A stretch of DNA of 64,000 nucleotides from Longimicrobiales bacterium. Its GTDB lineage: Bacteria > Gemmatimonadota > Gemmatimonadetes > Longimicrobiales > Gaopeijiaceae. The stretch is from NCBI GenBank assembly GCA_965226375.1, contig CBDDCX010000008.1, positions 1,056,001 through 1,120,000 on the forward strand, given 5' to 3'. A program made the translations under genes and the position numbers. The notes below the pieces were generated by a model, which had not been told where the DNA came from, searched no databases, and worked only from the letters and a program-made list of their open reading frames with translations. Positions within the stretch are counted from its first letter, which is position 1. Each line of letters opens with the position of its first letter. Positions 48,995 to 59,996 of the stretch are shown in pieces.

Positions 48995-50626
48995 ATGCTG
49001 AACGCTCTTGCATATGACAGTTGGGCGCTTCACGCGCTCATTTGGCTGCCGTTCGTCGGCATGGTCCACGTCCTGTGGGCCCCCGAGGAGCGGGCCAAGC
49101 ACCTGGCTCTCTATTGGAGCCTGGCGGTCTTTGTTCTGAGCATCGGGCTCTGGTGGGCGTACGATCCCGCTCTGGGGAGTGGTTATCAACTCGCCAGTAG
49201 CCGGCCGTGGATAGAGCAGTGGGGTGTGAGTTATGCCCTGGGACTCGACGGAATCAGCCTGTTCCTGGTAATGCTGACCGCCTTTACGACCCCGCTCGCC
49301 ATCCTCGGGTCCTTCAACTACATCAAGAAGAGAGAGAAGGCGTTCTATGCCCTGATGCTCCTGCTGGAGGTCGGGGTAATGGGTGTCTTCTCCGCAGTGG
49401 ATCTCTTCCTGTTCTATGTGTTTTTCGAGCTCACCCTGGTGCCGATGTACTTCATCATCGGCATCTGGGGCGGCGAACGAAGGGTCTATGCGGCGATAAA
49501 GTTCTTCCTGTTCACCGCTGTCGGGTCGCTCCTCATGTTGGTAGCGATCCTGTACCTGCACTTCCGGGCTCAGACTTTGACGGGGGTCACCTCGTTCGCG
49601 TTCCTGGACCTGATGCAGGTGCCGCTGTCTCCCACGGAGCAACTCTGGCTCTTCGGAGCGTTTGCGCTCGCCTTCGCCATCAAGGTGCCGCTCTTTCCGT
49701 TCCACACCTGGCTACCCGATGCACACGTCGAGGCGCCCACCCCGGGATCGGTCGTACTTGCGGCAGTTCTCCTGAAGATGGGGACCTACGGGTTCGTGCG
49801 GTTCCTGCTGCCGTTGTTCCCTTTTGCGGCCCAGCACCCGACGGTGATCATGACCATGATGACGCTCGGGGTGGTGGGTATCATCTACGCGGCCTGGGTG
49901 GCTGCGGTGCAGCCGGACGCCAAGAAGCTGGTGGCCTACACCTCGGTGGCCCACATGGGGTTCGTGGTCATCGGCGTATTCGCCCTCAGCATCAACGGCC
50001 TGCAGGGCGGCATGCTCGTCATGATCTCACACGGGATCTCCACGGGTGCCTTGTTCCTCTTGCTAGGCATGCTCTACGAGCGTCGGCACACCCGCAACAT
50101 CGAGGACTTCGGAGGACTCGGCCGGGTTGCTCCTTGGCTGGCCACTGCGTTCGTCATTACGGCGCTGACCTCGATCGGCCTGCCGGGTACAAGCGGCTTC
50201 GTCGGCGAATTCCTGGCGCTCCTGGGCGCCTTCGAGAGCCACCCCGGGATGGGCATGCTAGCGGCCACCGGGGTGATCTTTGCAGCGTACTACATGTTGC
50301 CCATGGTGCAGAGTGTGTTCTTCAACGCGCTCGACAAAGAGGAAAATCGGAAGGTCGAGGACCTGTCGCGGCGGGAGATCGCGATTCTGGCGCCCATGAT
50401 TGCCCTCATGATCTGGATCGGCGTCTATCCGACACCCTTCCTCCAACGCATGGAGCCAAGCTTGCAGGCCATTGTCGCACGGGTCGAGGCCGCCGCGCCC
50501 GCAGGCGCCTCGCGGACGGTCGAACACGGTGCCACCCTGACCGCTATCGAACTCGGTGAGCGAGACGTGGAAGCCGCCCTCACCGAAGGCACTGAGACGA
50601 CAATCGCCGATGGGGCGGTGGACTGA
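48995..50626 (+). CDS. nuoM: NADH-quinone oxidoreductase subunit M
   Basis: PFHTWLPDAHVEAP, LLKMGTYG, GLPGTSGFVGE. Confidence 0.96.
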   Translation: MLNALAYDSWALHALIWLPFVGMVHVLWAPEERAKHLALYWSLAVFVLSIGLWWAYDPALGSGYQLASSRPWIEQWGVSYALGLDGISLFLVMLTAFTTPLAILGSFNYIKKREKAFYALMLLLEVGVMGVFSAVDLFLFYVFFELTLVPMYFIIGIWGGERRVYAAIKFFLFTAVGSLLMLVAILYLHFRAQTLTGVTSFAFLDLMQVPLSPTEQLWLFGAFALAFAIKVPLFPFHTWLPDAHVEAPTPGSVVLAAVLLKMGTYGFVRFLLPLFPFAAQHPTVIMTMMTLGVVGIIYAAWVAAVQPDAKKLVAYTSVAHMGFVVIGVFALSINGLQGGMLVMISHGISTGALFLLLGMLYERRHTRNIEDFGGLGRVAPWLATAFVITALTSIGLPGTSGFVGEFLALLGAFESHPGMGMLAATGVIFAAYYMLPMVQSVFFNALDKEENRKVEDLSRREIAILAPMIALMIWIGVYPTPFLQRMEPSLQAIVARVEAAAPAGASRTVEHGATLTAIELGERDVEAALTEGTETTIADGAVD

Positions 50627-50628
50627 CC

Positions 50629-52137
50629 ATGCTTCTCGACTTCAGCAACCAGGCCCACTTCTTGATCGCCCTGGCACCGGAATTCGTGCTTTCTGTTTGG
50701 GGCATGGTGATTCTCATCTTGGGAGTGAGCCGACGACAGCGTGACAATCCGGACGCGGCCAACGATCTGGGCTGGATATCTCTCATCGGCGTCCTCTTGG
50801 CGGCTTTGGTGAACGGTTGGTTGTACGGCGTCTCGGAGGTGGGAACCGACTCTATGATTGCCGTCGACCGGTTTGCCCTCTTTGCGAACTGGATCTTCCT
50901 GGCTGCTCTCGGACTCGGCATCCTGATTTCACTGGCCTACGTAAAGAAGCAGCAGCTCCAGGCCGGAGAGTTCTATGCGCTCTTGATCTATGCCACTGTC
51001 GGTCTGATGGTCATGGCGGCCGCCCGGGACCTCATCGTGATCTTCCTCGGGCTGGAGATCATGTCCATTGCCGTGTACGCCTTGACGGCGATGAATCGGC
51101 GCGATCGGAAGTCCGCGGAAGCCGGCCTGAAGTACTTCTTGCTGGGGGCGTTCTCCACAGGCTTCTTCCTGTACGGTATCGCTCTCGTGTACGGTGCGGC
51201 TGGCAGCACGCATATCACCCACATCGGCCAGGCGGTCTCGGGCGGCACAGCCCACCAGGCCCTCCTGGGATTCGGGATCGCACTGCTCGCGGTGGGTTTT
51301 GCGTTCAAGGTCTCGGCAGTCCCGTTCCACATGTGGACTCCAGACGTCTACGAGGGAGCTCCCACACCCGTCACCGCGTTCATGGCCGTGGCCGTAAAGG
51401 CCGGGGCGTTCGTGGCTTTCCTGAGGGTGTTCGCCGTCGCGTTCGAGGGAGCCTACGAGGTGTGGTGGGCCATTTTGTGGTGGCTGGCTGTCATCACCAT
51501 GGTGGTCGCCAACCTCATCGCCCTCGTGCAGGTGAGTGTCAAGCGCATGCTGGCCTACTCAGGCATCGCCCATGCGGGCTATCTGATGGTGGCCATCGTG
51601 GCGGCGAACGAGACCGCCGCCGCGGGCCTTCTTTTCTACCTGCTGATCTACACCCTCATGAATATCGGTGCGTTCGGCGTGGTCTTGCTGGTCTCGCGCC
51701 AGAGCGAAGAGCGCCAACGAATCGAAGACTACGCCGGCTTCGGATGGCAGCAACCGGTGCTCGGGATCTTCCTCTCCATCTTCCTCCTGTCTCTCGCGGG
51801 ATTCCCCGGTACGGGTGGCTTCATGGGGAAGATCTTCCTACTCCAGGGCGCCATGGAGGCCGACCTGGTCTACCTGTCGGTCATCCTTGTGCTGACGACG
51901 GTGATCTCCTACTGGTATTACCTGCGGGTTGCCTGGTTCATGTGGATGCGAGAATCCGCCTCTGAGGATGCGCACCAGGGGATTGCCGTCCCCCTCGCGA
52001 TGCGGCTCGCCCTGGTGGTCGGAGTCCTCCTCGTGGTCTACCTCGGAGTCTTCCCCGGAGGCACGTTGGAGTTCGCGCGTTGGAGCGTGGAGGGACTGTC
52101 ATCCGCGGGGCAGGGGCTCGTCAGCCTGGCGCCGTAG
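50629..52137 (+). CDS. nuoN: NADH-quinone oxidoreductase subunit N
   Basis: EAGLKYF, PFHMWTPDVYEGAP, KRMLAYS. Confidence 0.96.
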   Translation: MLLDFSNQAHFLIALAPEFVLSVWGMVILILGVSRRQRDNPDAANDLGWISLIGVLLAALVNGWLYGVSEVGTDSMIAVDRFALFANWIFLAALGLGILISLAYVKKQQLQAGEFYALLIYATVGLMVMAAARDLIVIFLGLEIMSIAVYALTAMNRRDRKSAEAGLKYFLLGAFSTGFFLYGIALVYGAAGSTHITHIGQAVSGGTAHQALLGFGIALLAVGFAFKVSAVPFHMWTPDVYEGAPTPVTAFMAVAVKAGAFVAFLRVFAVAFEGAYEVWWAILWWLAVITMVVANLIALVQVSVKRMLAYSGIAHAGYLMVAIVAANETAAAGLLFYLLIYTLMNIGAFGVVLLVSRQSEERQRIEDYAGFGWQQPVLGIFLSIFLLSLAGFPGTGGFMGKIFLLQGAMEADLVYLSVILVLTTVISYWYYLRVAWFMWMRESASEDAHQGIAVPLAMRLALVVGVLLVVYLGVFPGGTLEFARWSVEGLSSAGQGLVSLAP

Positions 52138-52181
52138 AAGCCGGTTTAAGAAGTACTGTAGGTCTCGCTAGGAGCCCGGTA

Positions 52182-53561
52182 GTGTCCGTTCCCGAACACA
52201 TATTCCGACAGTGCGACGTCCGTGGCCTCGTATCCACGGAGCTCACGCCTTATGTCTCCCGGTCCGTCGGCCGTGCGTACGGCGCCGTGGCGCGGGCTCG
52301 TCTCGGGAAGCGCCCCACGATCGCGGTCGGCCAGGACAACCGACTCTCTTCGCCGGACCTGGCCGCGGCCCTTCTCGGTGGCCTCAAGGGTGCCGGAGCC
52401 GACGTGATTGACGTGGGGACTGTGCCCACCCCCGCGCTCTATTGGGCCGAGAAGACACTCCCGACCGACGGCGCCATCCAGATCACCGGATCGCACAATC
52501 CTCCAGGGTGGAACGGCATCAAAATGACGCTCCTGGGCGCCTCCTTGTTTGGACAGGCTATCCAGGATTTGAAGCGCCGGATCCTCGATGGAGCGGATGA
52601 AGGTTCGGAAGACCTAGCGGACGACACCACGGAGCGGGTCGATATTCTCGATCGCTACGTCGACGATCTGGCGGGACGATTCGATCTGCCCGGTCCCTTG
52701 AAGGTCGTCCTGGACTGTGGCAACGGCGTGGGGTCGCTCGTGGGCGCCACTCTGTTGCAGCAGATCGGAGCCCAGGTCATTCCGCTCTATTGCGATTCCG
52801 ACGGGACGTTTCCGAACCACCACCCGGACCCCTCGGTAGACGAATACCTGGTCGATCTCAGAGACGCCGTGCGGCAAGAGGGAGCGGACATCGGGATCGG
52901 ACTCGACGGCGACGCCGATCGCATCGGCGCTGTAGATGAAAATGGCCACATCGTGCGCGGGGACATCTTGCTTCTGCTTCTGGGACTCGATGTCCTGAGA
53001 AAGCGGGGGCCCGGGCAGAAGCTCATCTTCGACGTGAAATGCTCCCAGGTTCTGCCTGGCGAGTTTGCAAAAGCCGGTGGCGAACCCATCATGTGGTCGA
53101 CCGGCCATGCGCTCATCAAGGAGAAGATGAGAGAGACGGGAGCTTTGGTCGCCGGGGAATTGTCGGGTCATATCTGCCTTGCCGACGACTACTTGGGATT
53201 CGATGATGCACTGTACGCAGCGTGCCGTCTGGTGGACCTTATTTCTAGGTCTCCACGTACCTTGTCCGAGATGGTGTCTGATTTTCCGGTCTATGCTTCG
53301 ACACCCGAGCTTCGCATCGAAGTAACCGAAGAATCAAAGTTCGAGCTCATGAGGGCGGCACAGGATCACTTCAAGAGGAGTCGCGAGGTCATAGAGGTCG
53401 ACGGGGCGCGCATTCTTTTCGAAGATGGCTGGGGGCTGCTCCGGGCCTCCAATACACAGCCGGTCATCGTGGCCCGTTACGAGGCTCGGACGGAGGAAGG
53501 CTTGTACGTTATCAGAGACGAGGTCGAATCATGGCTACGAACGCAGGGTGTGGAGGTCTGA
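52182..53561 (+). CDS. Phosphomannomutase/phosphoglucomutase
   Basis: ITGSHNP, DGDADR, GELSGH, RASNTQP; GTG 52182 after AGGAG. Confidence 0.92.
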   Translation: MSVPEHIFRQCDVRGLVSTELTPYVSRSVGRAYGAVARARLGKRPTIAVGQDNRLSSPDLAAALLGGLKGAGADVIDVGTVPTPALYWAEKTLPTDGAIQITGSHNPPGWNGIKMTLLGASLFGQAIQDLKRRILDGADEGSEDLADDTTERVDILDRYVDDLAGRFDLPGPLKVVLDCGNGVGSLVGATLLQQIGAQVIPLYCDSDGTFPNHHPDPSVDEYLVDLRDAVRQEGADIGIGLDGDADRIGAVDENGHIVRGDILLLLLGLDVLRKRGPGQKLIFDVKCSQVLPGEFAKAGGEPIMWSTGHALIKEKMRETGALVAGELSGHICLADDYLGFDDALYAACRLVDLISRSPRTLSEMVSDFPVYASTPELRIEVTEESKFELMRAAQDHFKRSREVIEVDGARILFEDGWGLLRASNTQPVIVARYEARTEEGLYVIRDEVESWLRTQGVEV

Positions 53562-53562
53562 C

Positions 53563-56340
53563 ATGAAGATGAGCGATCTCCGGAGCGGTCGCCTTTTGAT
53601 GGCCGGTGTCTTGGCCGTTCTGGCGCTACTCCTGCTGGGGCGTGCGGCCTCGAGCGCTTACGTCGAGATCCTTTGGTTCAACGCGGTCGGTTATTCGTCC
53701 GTGTTCTGGACCAGGATCCTCTGGGAGTGGGGCATCCGCCTGGTGGGAACCATTGTGGTGGCCGTCGCCATCTTCGCCAACTTACGCGTCGTAGCTCGGA
53801 CGTTGGGCGGCCTGAGGATCAAACGGCGGGTGGGTGACCTGGTCATCTCGGAGCAACTCCCCGAGGCCTACGTGTTCTGGGGTATCATCCTGATATCCGC
53901 CTTGATGGGAGCGTGGTTCGGGGCATCGATTCCCAGAGACATCGGACTGCAGGTTCTGTTCCTGCTCAAGGCTCCGGTCTGGGGTCTGGTCGATCCCATC
54001 TTGGGCAAGGACCTGGCGTTCTACGTCATCTTGCTTCCCGTCATCGCGGCGCTGGTGACCTTCGGCATGGTTGTGGTCTTCCTGGTGTTCACGCTGGCAA
54101 CTGCGGGCTACGCCGCGACCGGTGCACTCCAATGGGGGCGCGCACGCGTCGACATCGAGGATCAACCTCGGACGCACCTGACGGTGATCGTCGCGACGTT
54201 CTTCGTTCTCATGGCGATCCGCTTCTGGCTCGGGCGATACCTTCTGCTCCTCGACGGGACCTCCAGCGTACAGAGTATCTTCGGGTATGCGGATGCCGAG
54301 GCCCGTCTTGGCGCCTTGCGTATCCTCGCGCTGCTGTCGGCGTTCGCGGGCATCGGTACCCTGTGGGGTGGCCTGAAGGCACGGATTCTTCCAGCTGCCG
54401 CAACCGTCGGGGCCCTCATTATCGGCGGTGTGGTCGTGGGCCAGGCATACCCGTCCTTCGTTCAGCGATTTCGGGTGGAGCCCAACGAGTTGGACCGTGA
54501 GACACCGTTCATTGAACACAACATCCGCTTTACCCGCATCGGCTTCGACCTCATGGAGCTCGAAAGGCGGCAGTTCCAATACGAGCAAGAGGTCGACGTG
54601 GACTGGCAGGAGGCGGCCGAGCAGTTCAATGGCCTGCCGGTCTGGAGCTCTCAGGCACTGCTCACAACGTTCCGTGAGCTGGAAGCCCGCTTCCCGTACT
54701 ATGATTTTTCGAGCGTGACGGTGGATCGATACGAGACACCAGACGGGGTGGTGCCGGTGGCGGTCTCGGTACGTGAGATCTTGCCGCGAGGCATACAAGA
54801 CCCCAACTGGCAGAACCTCCACCTGCGTGACCTCTACATCCGGGGGATGGGCGCTGTGGTGAGCGCGGCGGGGTCCCGGACCCCTCAGGGACGGCCTCCA
54901 ATGTTCGTGTCCGGGATTCCGCCGGAGTTCAGTGAAGGTGGAGCAACCCCGGAGGGTCTCCGGCTTACGCGACCGGAGGTCTACGTCGGAACTCGGCGAC
55001 AGAGCTTCGCCATAGTGAATCCTGGTCAACAGACCGCGCCGGACGGGAGCCCCGCCGTTCCCGGTGTCGACTTTCCGAACGGTATCGAGCTCAGCTCGCC
55101 CCTCAGGACGCTGGCTCTGGCTTGGCAAGCGAGGGACGCTAACCTTCTTTTCGCGTCCGAGGTGACCAGCACCAGCCGGTTCCTGTTCCGGAGGGATGTG
55201 CTGGACCGGGTAACCCGAATATCCGGACCTCTTCTACGTTATCCCGACGAACCGTATCCGGTGATTCACGAAGGACACATTGTCTGGATACTGGAGGGAT
55301 TCACGGGGACCCGTTGGTTCCCGTTGTCGACCACGCACAATCTCGAGGCGGGCGGGCCCGTGCGATACGCTCGGAACAGCGTAAAGGTCATCGTGGATGG
55401 GGTTACGGGCGAGGTGACGTTTTATGTGGCGGACGACGGCGATCAGCTGCTCCAGGTGTATCGGCAGGGTTTCCCAACGCTGTTCAAGCCCATCGATGAA
55501 ATGCCGGCCGGCCTACGTGACCACGTTCGTTATTCGCGTACGATGCTGAGCCTTCAGGCCCGGGTGCTCAACCGATACCATCAGGAGAGCGCTCCCGTGT
55601 TCCATGGTCAGCAGGACGTTTGGGAGTTGCCGCAGGAGCTCGCTCAAGGCACGATTCCGGTGCCGTACCGGGCCGACTACGGGATCTATCGTTTGCCTGG
55701 AGAGCCGGAGGAGGGCTTCCTCCTCACCTCGGTATTCGTACCCCGCGGTCGTCAGAATCTGACTGCGATCCTGATCGCTCGTAGTGACCCGGATCGGTAC
55801 GGGGAGTTGGTGCTTTTCGATGTCCGAGTCGAGGATCAGGCTCCGGGCCCCCGCCAGGTAGAGGCACTCATCGAGCAGGACCCGATCATCTCTCAGCAGT
55901 TCTCCCTATGGCGGACCGGGGGTAGCCAGGTGTGGACGGGACACCTCCACCTGGTGCCCGTAGGAGGCACCCTGTTGTATCTGGAGCCCGTCTTCTTGGC
56001 GGCAGAGGCGGATGCCATTCCCGAGTTACGTCGGTTCGTTGTCAGCGACGGCCGGCGAGTCGCGATGGAGGAGACGCTTCCGGAGGCCATTCAGGCCCTG
56101 GCGTCGATGGCCGGAGATGCGCCGCCCAACCTGGAATCCGCGCTCGAGTCGGCGCGGGTGCCACCTCTGGTGGCTGCGGCCGTGTCGCCGCTGGACCGGA
56201 GCCAGTGGCCGGCCGAAGCGCTCGCCCTGCTGGAAGAGGCTGAAGCCTCCTTGCGAGCCGGGAATTTTGAAGGCTTTGGTGATGCCCTGGATGAGCTCAA
56301 GGTCATGCTTCAGCGGCTCTCGCGGGAGGGTGGCGACTAG
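53563..56340 (+). CDS. UPF0182 family membrane protein
   Basis: DPILGKDLAFY, VEPNELDRETPFI, YARNSVK, GPRQVEALI, LYLEPVF. Confidence 0.92.
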   Translation: MKMSDLRSGRLLMAGVLAVLALLLLGRAASSAYVEILWFNAVGYSSVFWTRILWEWGIRLVGTIVVAVAIFANLRVVARTLGGLRIKRRVGDLVISEQLPEAYVFWGIILISALMGAWFGASIPRDIGLQVLFLLKAPVWGLVDPILGKDLAFYVILLPVIAALVTFGMVVVFLVFTLATAGYAATGALQWGRARVDIEDQPRTHLTVIVATFFVLMAIRFWLGRYLLLLDGTSSVQSIFGYADAEARLGALRILALLSAFAGIGTLWGGLKARILPAAATVGALIIGGVVVGQAYPSFVQRFRVEPNELDRETPFIEHNIRFTRIGFDLMELERRQFQYEQEVDVDWQEAAEQFNGLPVWSSQALLTTFRELEARFPYYDFSSVTVDRYETPDGVVPVAVSVREILPRGIQDPNWQNLHLRDLYIRGMGAVVSAAGSRTPQGRPPMFVSGIPPEFSEGGATPEGLRLTRPEVYVGTRRQSFAIVNPGQQTAPDGSPAVPGVDFPNGIELSSPLRTLALAWQARDANLLFASEVTSTSRFLFRRDVLDRVTRISGPLLRYPDEPYPVIHEGHIVWILEGFTGTRWFPLSTTHNLEAGGPVRYARNSVKVIVDGVTGEVTFYVADDGDQLLQVYRQGFPTLFKPIDEMPAGLRDHVRYSRTMLSLQARVLNRYHQESAPVFHGQQDVWELPQELAQGTIPVPYRADYGIYRLPGEPEEGFLLTSVFVPRGRQNLTAILIARSDPDRYGELVLFDVRVEDQAPGPRQVEALIEQDPIISQQFSLWRTGGSQVWTGHLHLVPVGGTLLYLEPVFLAAEADAIPELRRFVVSDGRRVAMEETLPEAIQALASMAGDAPPNLESALESARVPPLVAAAVSPLDRSQWPAEALALLEEAEASLRAGNFEGFGDALDELKVMLQRLSREGGD

Positions 56341-56351
56341 TCCCCGGTTCC

Positions 56352-56380
56352 TTGATTGACCCCTGCAGGGTTGGTAGTTT
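56352..56380 (+). promoter_or_regulatory. Candidate sucCD promoter
   Basis: TTGATT-17 nt-TAGTTT with TG extension. Confidence 0.45.
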
Positions 56381-56476
56381 CATGTCCTTCGCAGGCTCCG
56401 CCTCTCGGCGTGCGATGACGTCATTCCCGGAGCCATTCCGATCGGTCGATGCGACTTCGAGCCCGACTAAACACAT

Positions 56477-57613
56477 ATGAATATCCACGAGTATCAGGCG
56501 AAGGACATCCTGCGTGCCAACGGCATACCGGTGCCTCCCGGCGAGGTGGCGACGACGCCCGACCAGGCCGTCCAAATCGCCGAGAAGTATGGTGGCATCG
56601 TCGTAGTCAAGGCACAGGTCCACTCCGGAGGACGGGGCAAGGCGGGAGGCGTGAAGCTGGCCAAGACTCCCGAAGAGGTGAGGGAACACGCCGAGAGCAT
56701 CCTCGGGATGACCATCTCCGAACTCACCGTGGAGAAGGTGTTGATCACCCCGGCGGAGGACATCGACACGGAGGCCTATGTAGGTGTGTTGATCGATCGC
56801 GTATCTCAGGCTGCCACGTTCATGGTCTCGTCCGAGGGAGGGATCGACATCGAAGAGGTGGCGCATACGAATCCAGACGCCATCCGTAAGCTCACGGTGG
56901 ATCCCCGTTACGGACTCATGGGACACCAGGCTTTCTGGCTGGCCAATGCGCTCTATGACGATCCGTCATTGATCAAGCAGGCGTCCAAGATCATCCGGCA
57001 GCTGTACGCCGCGTTCACCTCGAGCGGTGCCTCGATGTTAGAGATCAATCCGTTGATTACCACCACCGCCGGCGAAGTGAAGGCCATCGACGCGAAGATG
57101 AGCATCGACGACAGTGAGCTCTTCCGGCAGCCCGAGATCGCGGGGTACAGGGACCTTTCGGCTGAACCGTGGGCGGAGACGAAGGCTCGCGAAGCGAATC
57201 TCAGCTACGTAAAGCTCGACGGGAATGTCGGTTGCTGCGTGAACGGTGCCGGGCTCGCCATGGCTACCATGGATCTGGTGAAGTACTACGGCGGAGAGCC
57301 GGCGAACTTCCTGGACATTGGAGGATCGTCCAATCCCGAGAAGGTCGTAGCCGCTATCGAGATCATCACCTCGGATCCCAACGTGAAAGTGATTCTCTTC
57401 AATATCTTCGGAGGGATCACTCGCTGCGACGACGTGGCCAGGGGTATCGTCGAGGCTACTCGGCGCATCGACATCAAACCCCCGATCGTGATCCGCCTCA
57501 CGGGGACCAATGAAAAAGAGGGACTCGAGATTCTGGCAGATGCAGGGTTTTCGGCGTTCACCGCCATGGACGACGTGGTCGAGCGTGCGGTCCAAATGGC
57601 CGCACAAGCTTGA
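56477..57613 (+). CDS. sucC: Succinyl-CoA synthetase beta subunit
   Basis: MNIHEYQAK, GGRGKAGGV, NGAGLAMATMD, NIFGGITRCD. Confidence 0.97.
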   Translation: MNIHEYQAKDILRANGIPVPPGEVATTPDQAVQIAEKYGGIVVVKAQVHSGGRGKAGGVKLAKTPEEVREHAESILGMTISELTVEKVLITPAEDIDTEAYVGVLIDRVSQAATFMVSSEGGIDIEEVAHTNPDAIRKLTVDPRYGLMGHQAFWLANALYDDPSLIKQASKIIRQLYAAFTSSGASMLEINPLITTTAGEVKAIDAKMSIDDSELFRQPEIAGYRDLSAEPWAETKAREANLSYVKLDGNVGCCVNGAGLAMATMDLVKYYGGEPANFLDIGGSSNPEKVVAAIEIITSDPNVKVILFNIFGGITRCDDVARGIVEATRRIDIKPPIVIRLTGTNEKEGLEILADAGFSAFTAMDDVVERAVQMAAQA

Positions 57614-57650
57614 CGACGAACACAACCAAGACGAGTTAACGAGACGATAG

Positions 57651-58547
57651 ATGGCAATTCTTGTCGACGAAAACACGAAGCTGATCGTCCAAGGCATCAC
57701 GGGCAGGGACGGCTCATTCCATACCGCTCAGATGATCGAGTACGGGACGGACGTGGTAGCCGGGGTCACACCGGGGAAGGGGGGGCAATCGTTCGAGGGC
57801 CCCGACGGGACCTCCGTTCCGATCTTCAACTCCATGGATCGTGCCGTGGCCGAGACAGGGGGCAACGCTTCGATCGTGTACGTCCCCCCAGCGTTCGCGG
57901 CCGGAGCCATTGAAGAGGCAGCCGACTCAGGCGTGGAGTTGGTCGTGGCGATCACGGAAGGGGTGCCGGTTCTGGATATGGCACGTGCCCACGTGTTTGC
58001 GCGAGATCGGGGCACCCGAGTCCTGGGTCCGAACTGTCCCGGCGTAATCTCGCCCGGTAAGGCAAAGGTCGGGATCATCCCCGCGCAGCTCGTGACGCCG
58101 GGACCCGTGGGCGTGATTTCCCGCTCCGGCACACTTACCTATGAGGCGGTGATTCATCTGACCAACGCCGGTATCGGACAGACCACATGCGTCGGCATCG
58201 GGGGAGATCCGCTCATCGGTACCAATTTCGTGGACGCGCTCGAAGCCTTCGCCGCCGATGCGGAAACACAGGCTATCGTGATGATCGGAGAGATTGGCGG
58301 CACGGACGAGCAGGAAGCGGCGACATGGGTGAGGGACAACCTCGAGATTCCGGTGGTGGGCTTCATCGCCGGCCAGACCGCTCCTCCAGGTCGACGCATG
58401 GGTCACGCCGGTGCAATCATCAGCGGTTCCGCCGGAACAGCCGAGGAAAAGACGAAGGCCTTTGAAGACAACGGGATCCGCGTGGCACAACGCCCCGTGG
58501 ACATCGTGGGACTGATCCAGGACGCTTTAGGCGTCCTGGCCGATTGA
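57651..58547 (+). CDS. sucD: Succinyl-CoA synthetase alpha subunit
   Basis: [27 protein letters not shown]. Confidence 0.97.
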   Translation: MAILVDENTKLIVQGITGRDGSFHTAQMIEYGTDVVAGVTPGKGGQSFEGPDGTSVPIFNSMDRAVAETGGNASIVYVPPAFAAGAIEEAADSGVELVVAITEGVPVLDMARAHVFARDRGTRVLGPNCPGVISPGKAKVGIIPAQLVTPGPVGVISRSGTLTYEAVIHLTNAGIGQTTCVGIGGDPLIGTNFVDALEAFAADAETQAIVMIGEIGGTDEQEAATWVRDNLEIPVVGFIAGQTAPPGRRMGHAGAIISGSAGTAEEKTKAFEDNGIRVAQRPVDIVGLIQDALGVLAD

Positions 58548-58566
58548 GTCCGAACCCGGCACGCAC

Positions 58567-59460
58567 ATGAAGTTCATCGACCTGCTCGGCGACCATGGGA
58601 TCTTGATCCCGTTGGACGCCTCGGACCTGAAAGCGGCCCTCACGGCCGCCCTCGACGTCGTAGAGGGCTTGAGCGTCGATAAGGCGGCACGTATCGCGAC
58701 TGACCTCGCGACCCGATCCGCAGGGGACGTGGCGCGAGTCCACGAGCAGATCGTGGTAGTGCTAGCTCAGGAAGACGCTCTCGAGTCGGTGACGGCGGTG
58801 CTCGGCGTGTCACCCAAGCCCTTCGAGGTAGGTGACGGCGGAGATGACGGGCCGAACACGGCACGGGTTCTGATCTTGTTGGTGACGCCGCGTCGGTTTG
58901 CCACACTGAAGCACCAAATGTTGCCGGCGCTGGTCCGATTCTTCCGCGAAGAGGAGAGGGTGGGGCCACTCGTAGCCGCACAGTCCGTGGACGCGGTGAA
59001 GGGCCTCAAGGGCCTCATGGAGGTCGAGCTCCACGAACGGCTCCTGGTGGAGGACGTTCTTTCGCCCCTCCAGTATCGCGTTTATCCGAACACTCCCTAC
59101 ACTGAAGTGGTCGATCTGATGGTGCGGCGCGGCTTGAAGTCGGTGCCGGTTGTCGGGGAGGACTACGAGTTCCTGGGTATCGTTACGACGGGCGATGCCA
59201 TGAAACACGTGGTCGCCAGGACCCAAACGGAGGAGGCCGGAGATCTACAGGACAGGACGCCTCCGGAAGAGGCTACCGCCCGCGAGATCATGACGCGGAG
59301 CGTGATGTGCGTCTCCGAGGACCAGAGTCTGATGGAGGCTGCCTTCATCATGGTAAACCGGGACGTCGAAGAACTCCCGGTGATCCGTGAGGGAGAGATG
59401 GTCGGCTTCCTCACTCGAGGAGAAGTCCTGCGGTTACTATTCGGGCCCGCAGAGAGTTGA
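58567..59460 (+). CDS. CBS-pair protein with PTS EIIA-like N-terminal domain
   Basis: Two CBS motifs (SVPVV...LGIVT; LPVI...VGFLTR); N-terminus resembles EIIA(Ntr/Fru) fold. Confidence 0.7.
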   Translation: MKFIDLLGDHGILIPLDASDLKAALTAALDVVEGLSVDKAARIATDLATRSAGDVARVHEQIVVVLAQEDALESVTAVLGVSPKPFEVGDGGDDGPNTARVLILLVTPRRFATLKHQMLPALVRFFREEERVGPLVAAQSVDAVKGLKGLMEVELHERLLVEDVLSPLQYRVYPNTPYTEVVDLMVRRGLKSVPVVGEDYEFLGIVTTGDAMKHVVARTQTEEAGDLQDRTPPEEATAREIMTRSVMCVSEDQSLMEAAFIMVNRDVEELPVIREGEMVGFLTRGEVLRLLFGPAES

Positions 59461-59489
59461 AACGAGATTACCCAGAGGAATGAGGCTAT

Positions 59490-59909
59490 ATGAGCTTGAC
59501 GCTCGCAATCATCAAGCCGGACGCAGTAGAATCCGGCCTGGCAGGAAAGGTATTAGCGCACTTGCAGGACGCCGGTTTCAACGTCCGCGCACTGAAGATG
59601 ACGCGCCTGGGACCCGGCCAAGCGGGTGCGTTCTACGAGGTCCACCGCGAGCGACCGTTCTATGATTCGCTCGTGGACTTCATGACCTCGGGCCCGGTCA
59701 TTCCCATGATCCTCGAAGCTGACGATTCCGTGACGAAGCTCCGGGACGTCATCGGTGCCACGGATCCCGCGGAAGCGGCCGAAGGGACCGTCCGGAAACT
59801 GTTTGCGGAATCGAAGGGGAGAAACGTGATCCACGCGTCCGATTCCGATGAGAACGCCGCAACCGAGATCGCTTTTTTCTTCTCACGCCACGAGCGCCTC
59901 GGCCTCTAG
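59490..59909 (+). CDS. ndk: Nucleoside diphosphate kinase
   Basis: [26 protein letters not shown]. Confidence 0.97.
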   Translation: MSLTLAIIKPDAVESGLAGKVLAHLQDAGFNVRALKMTRLGPGQAGAFYEVHRERPFYDSLVDFMTSGPVIPMILEADDSVTKLRDVIGATDPAEAAEGTVRKLFAESKGRNVIHASDSDENAATEIAFFFSRHERLGL

Positions 59910-59959
59910 AGCCGTTGCAGCGCTGGTCCGCGGAGCGGCCCGACGGGGCTTTTTCCGCG

Positions 59960-59988
59960 TTGACTCGCCCATAGGGTTGGGGTAATTT
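59960..59988 (+). promoter_or_regulatory. sigma70-type promoter of yceD-rpmF-fab operon
   Basis: TTGACT-17 nt-TAATTT, 8 nt before ATG. Confidence 0.6.
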
Positions 59989-59996
59989 TTTCGTCT

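Noticed and set aside
56381..56476. Structured sucC leader or riboswitch
   Set aside because: Only weak GC pairings; no family recognisable without a covariance search
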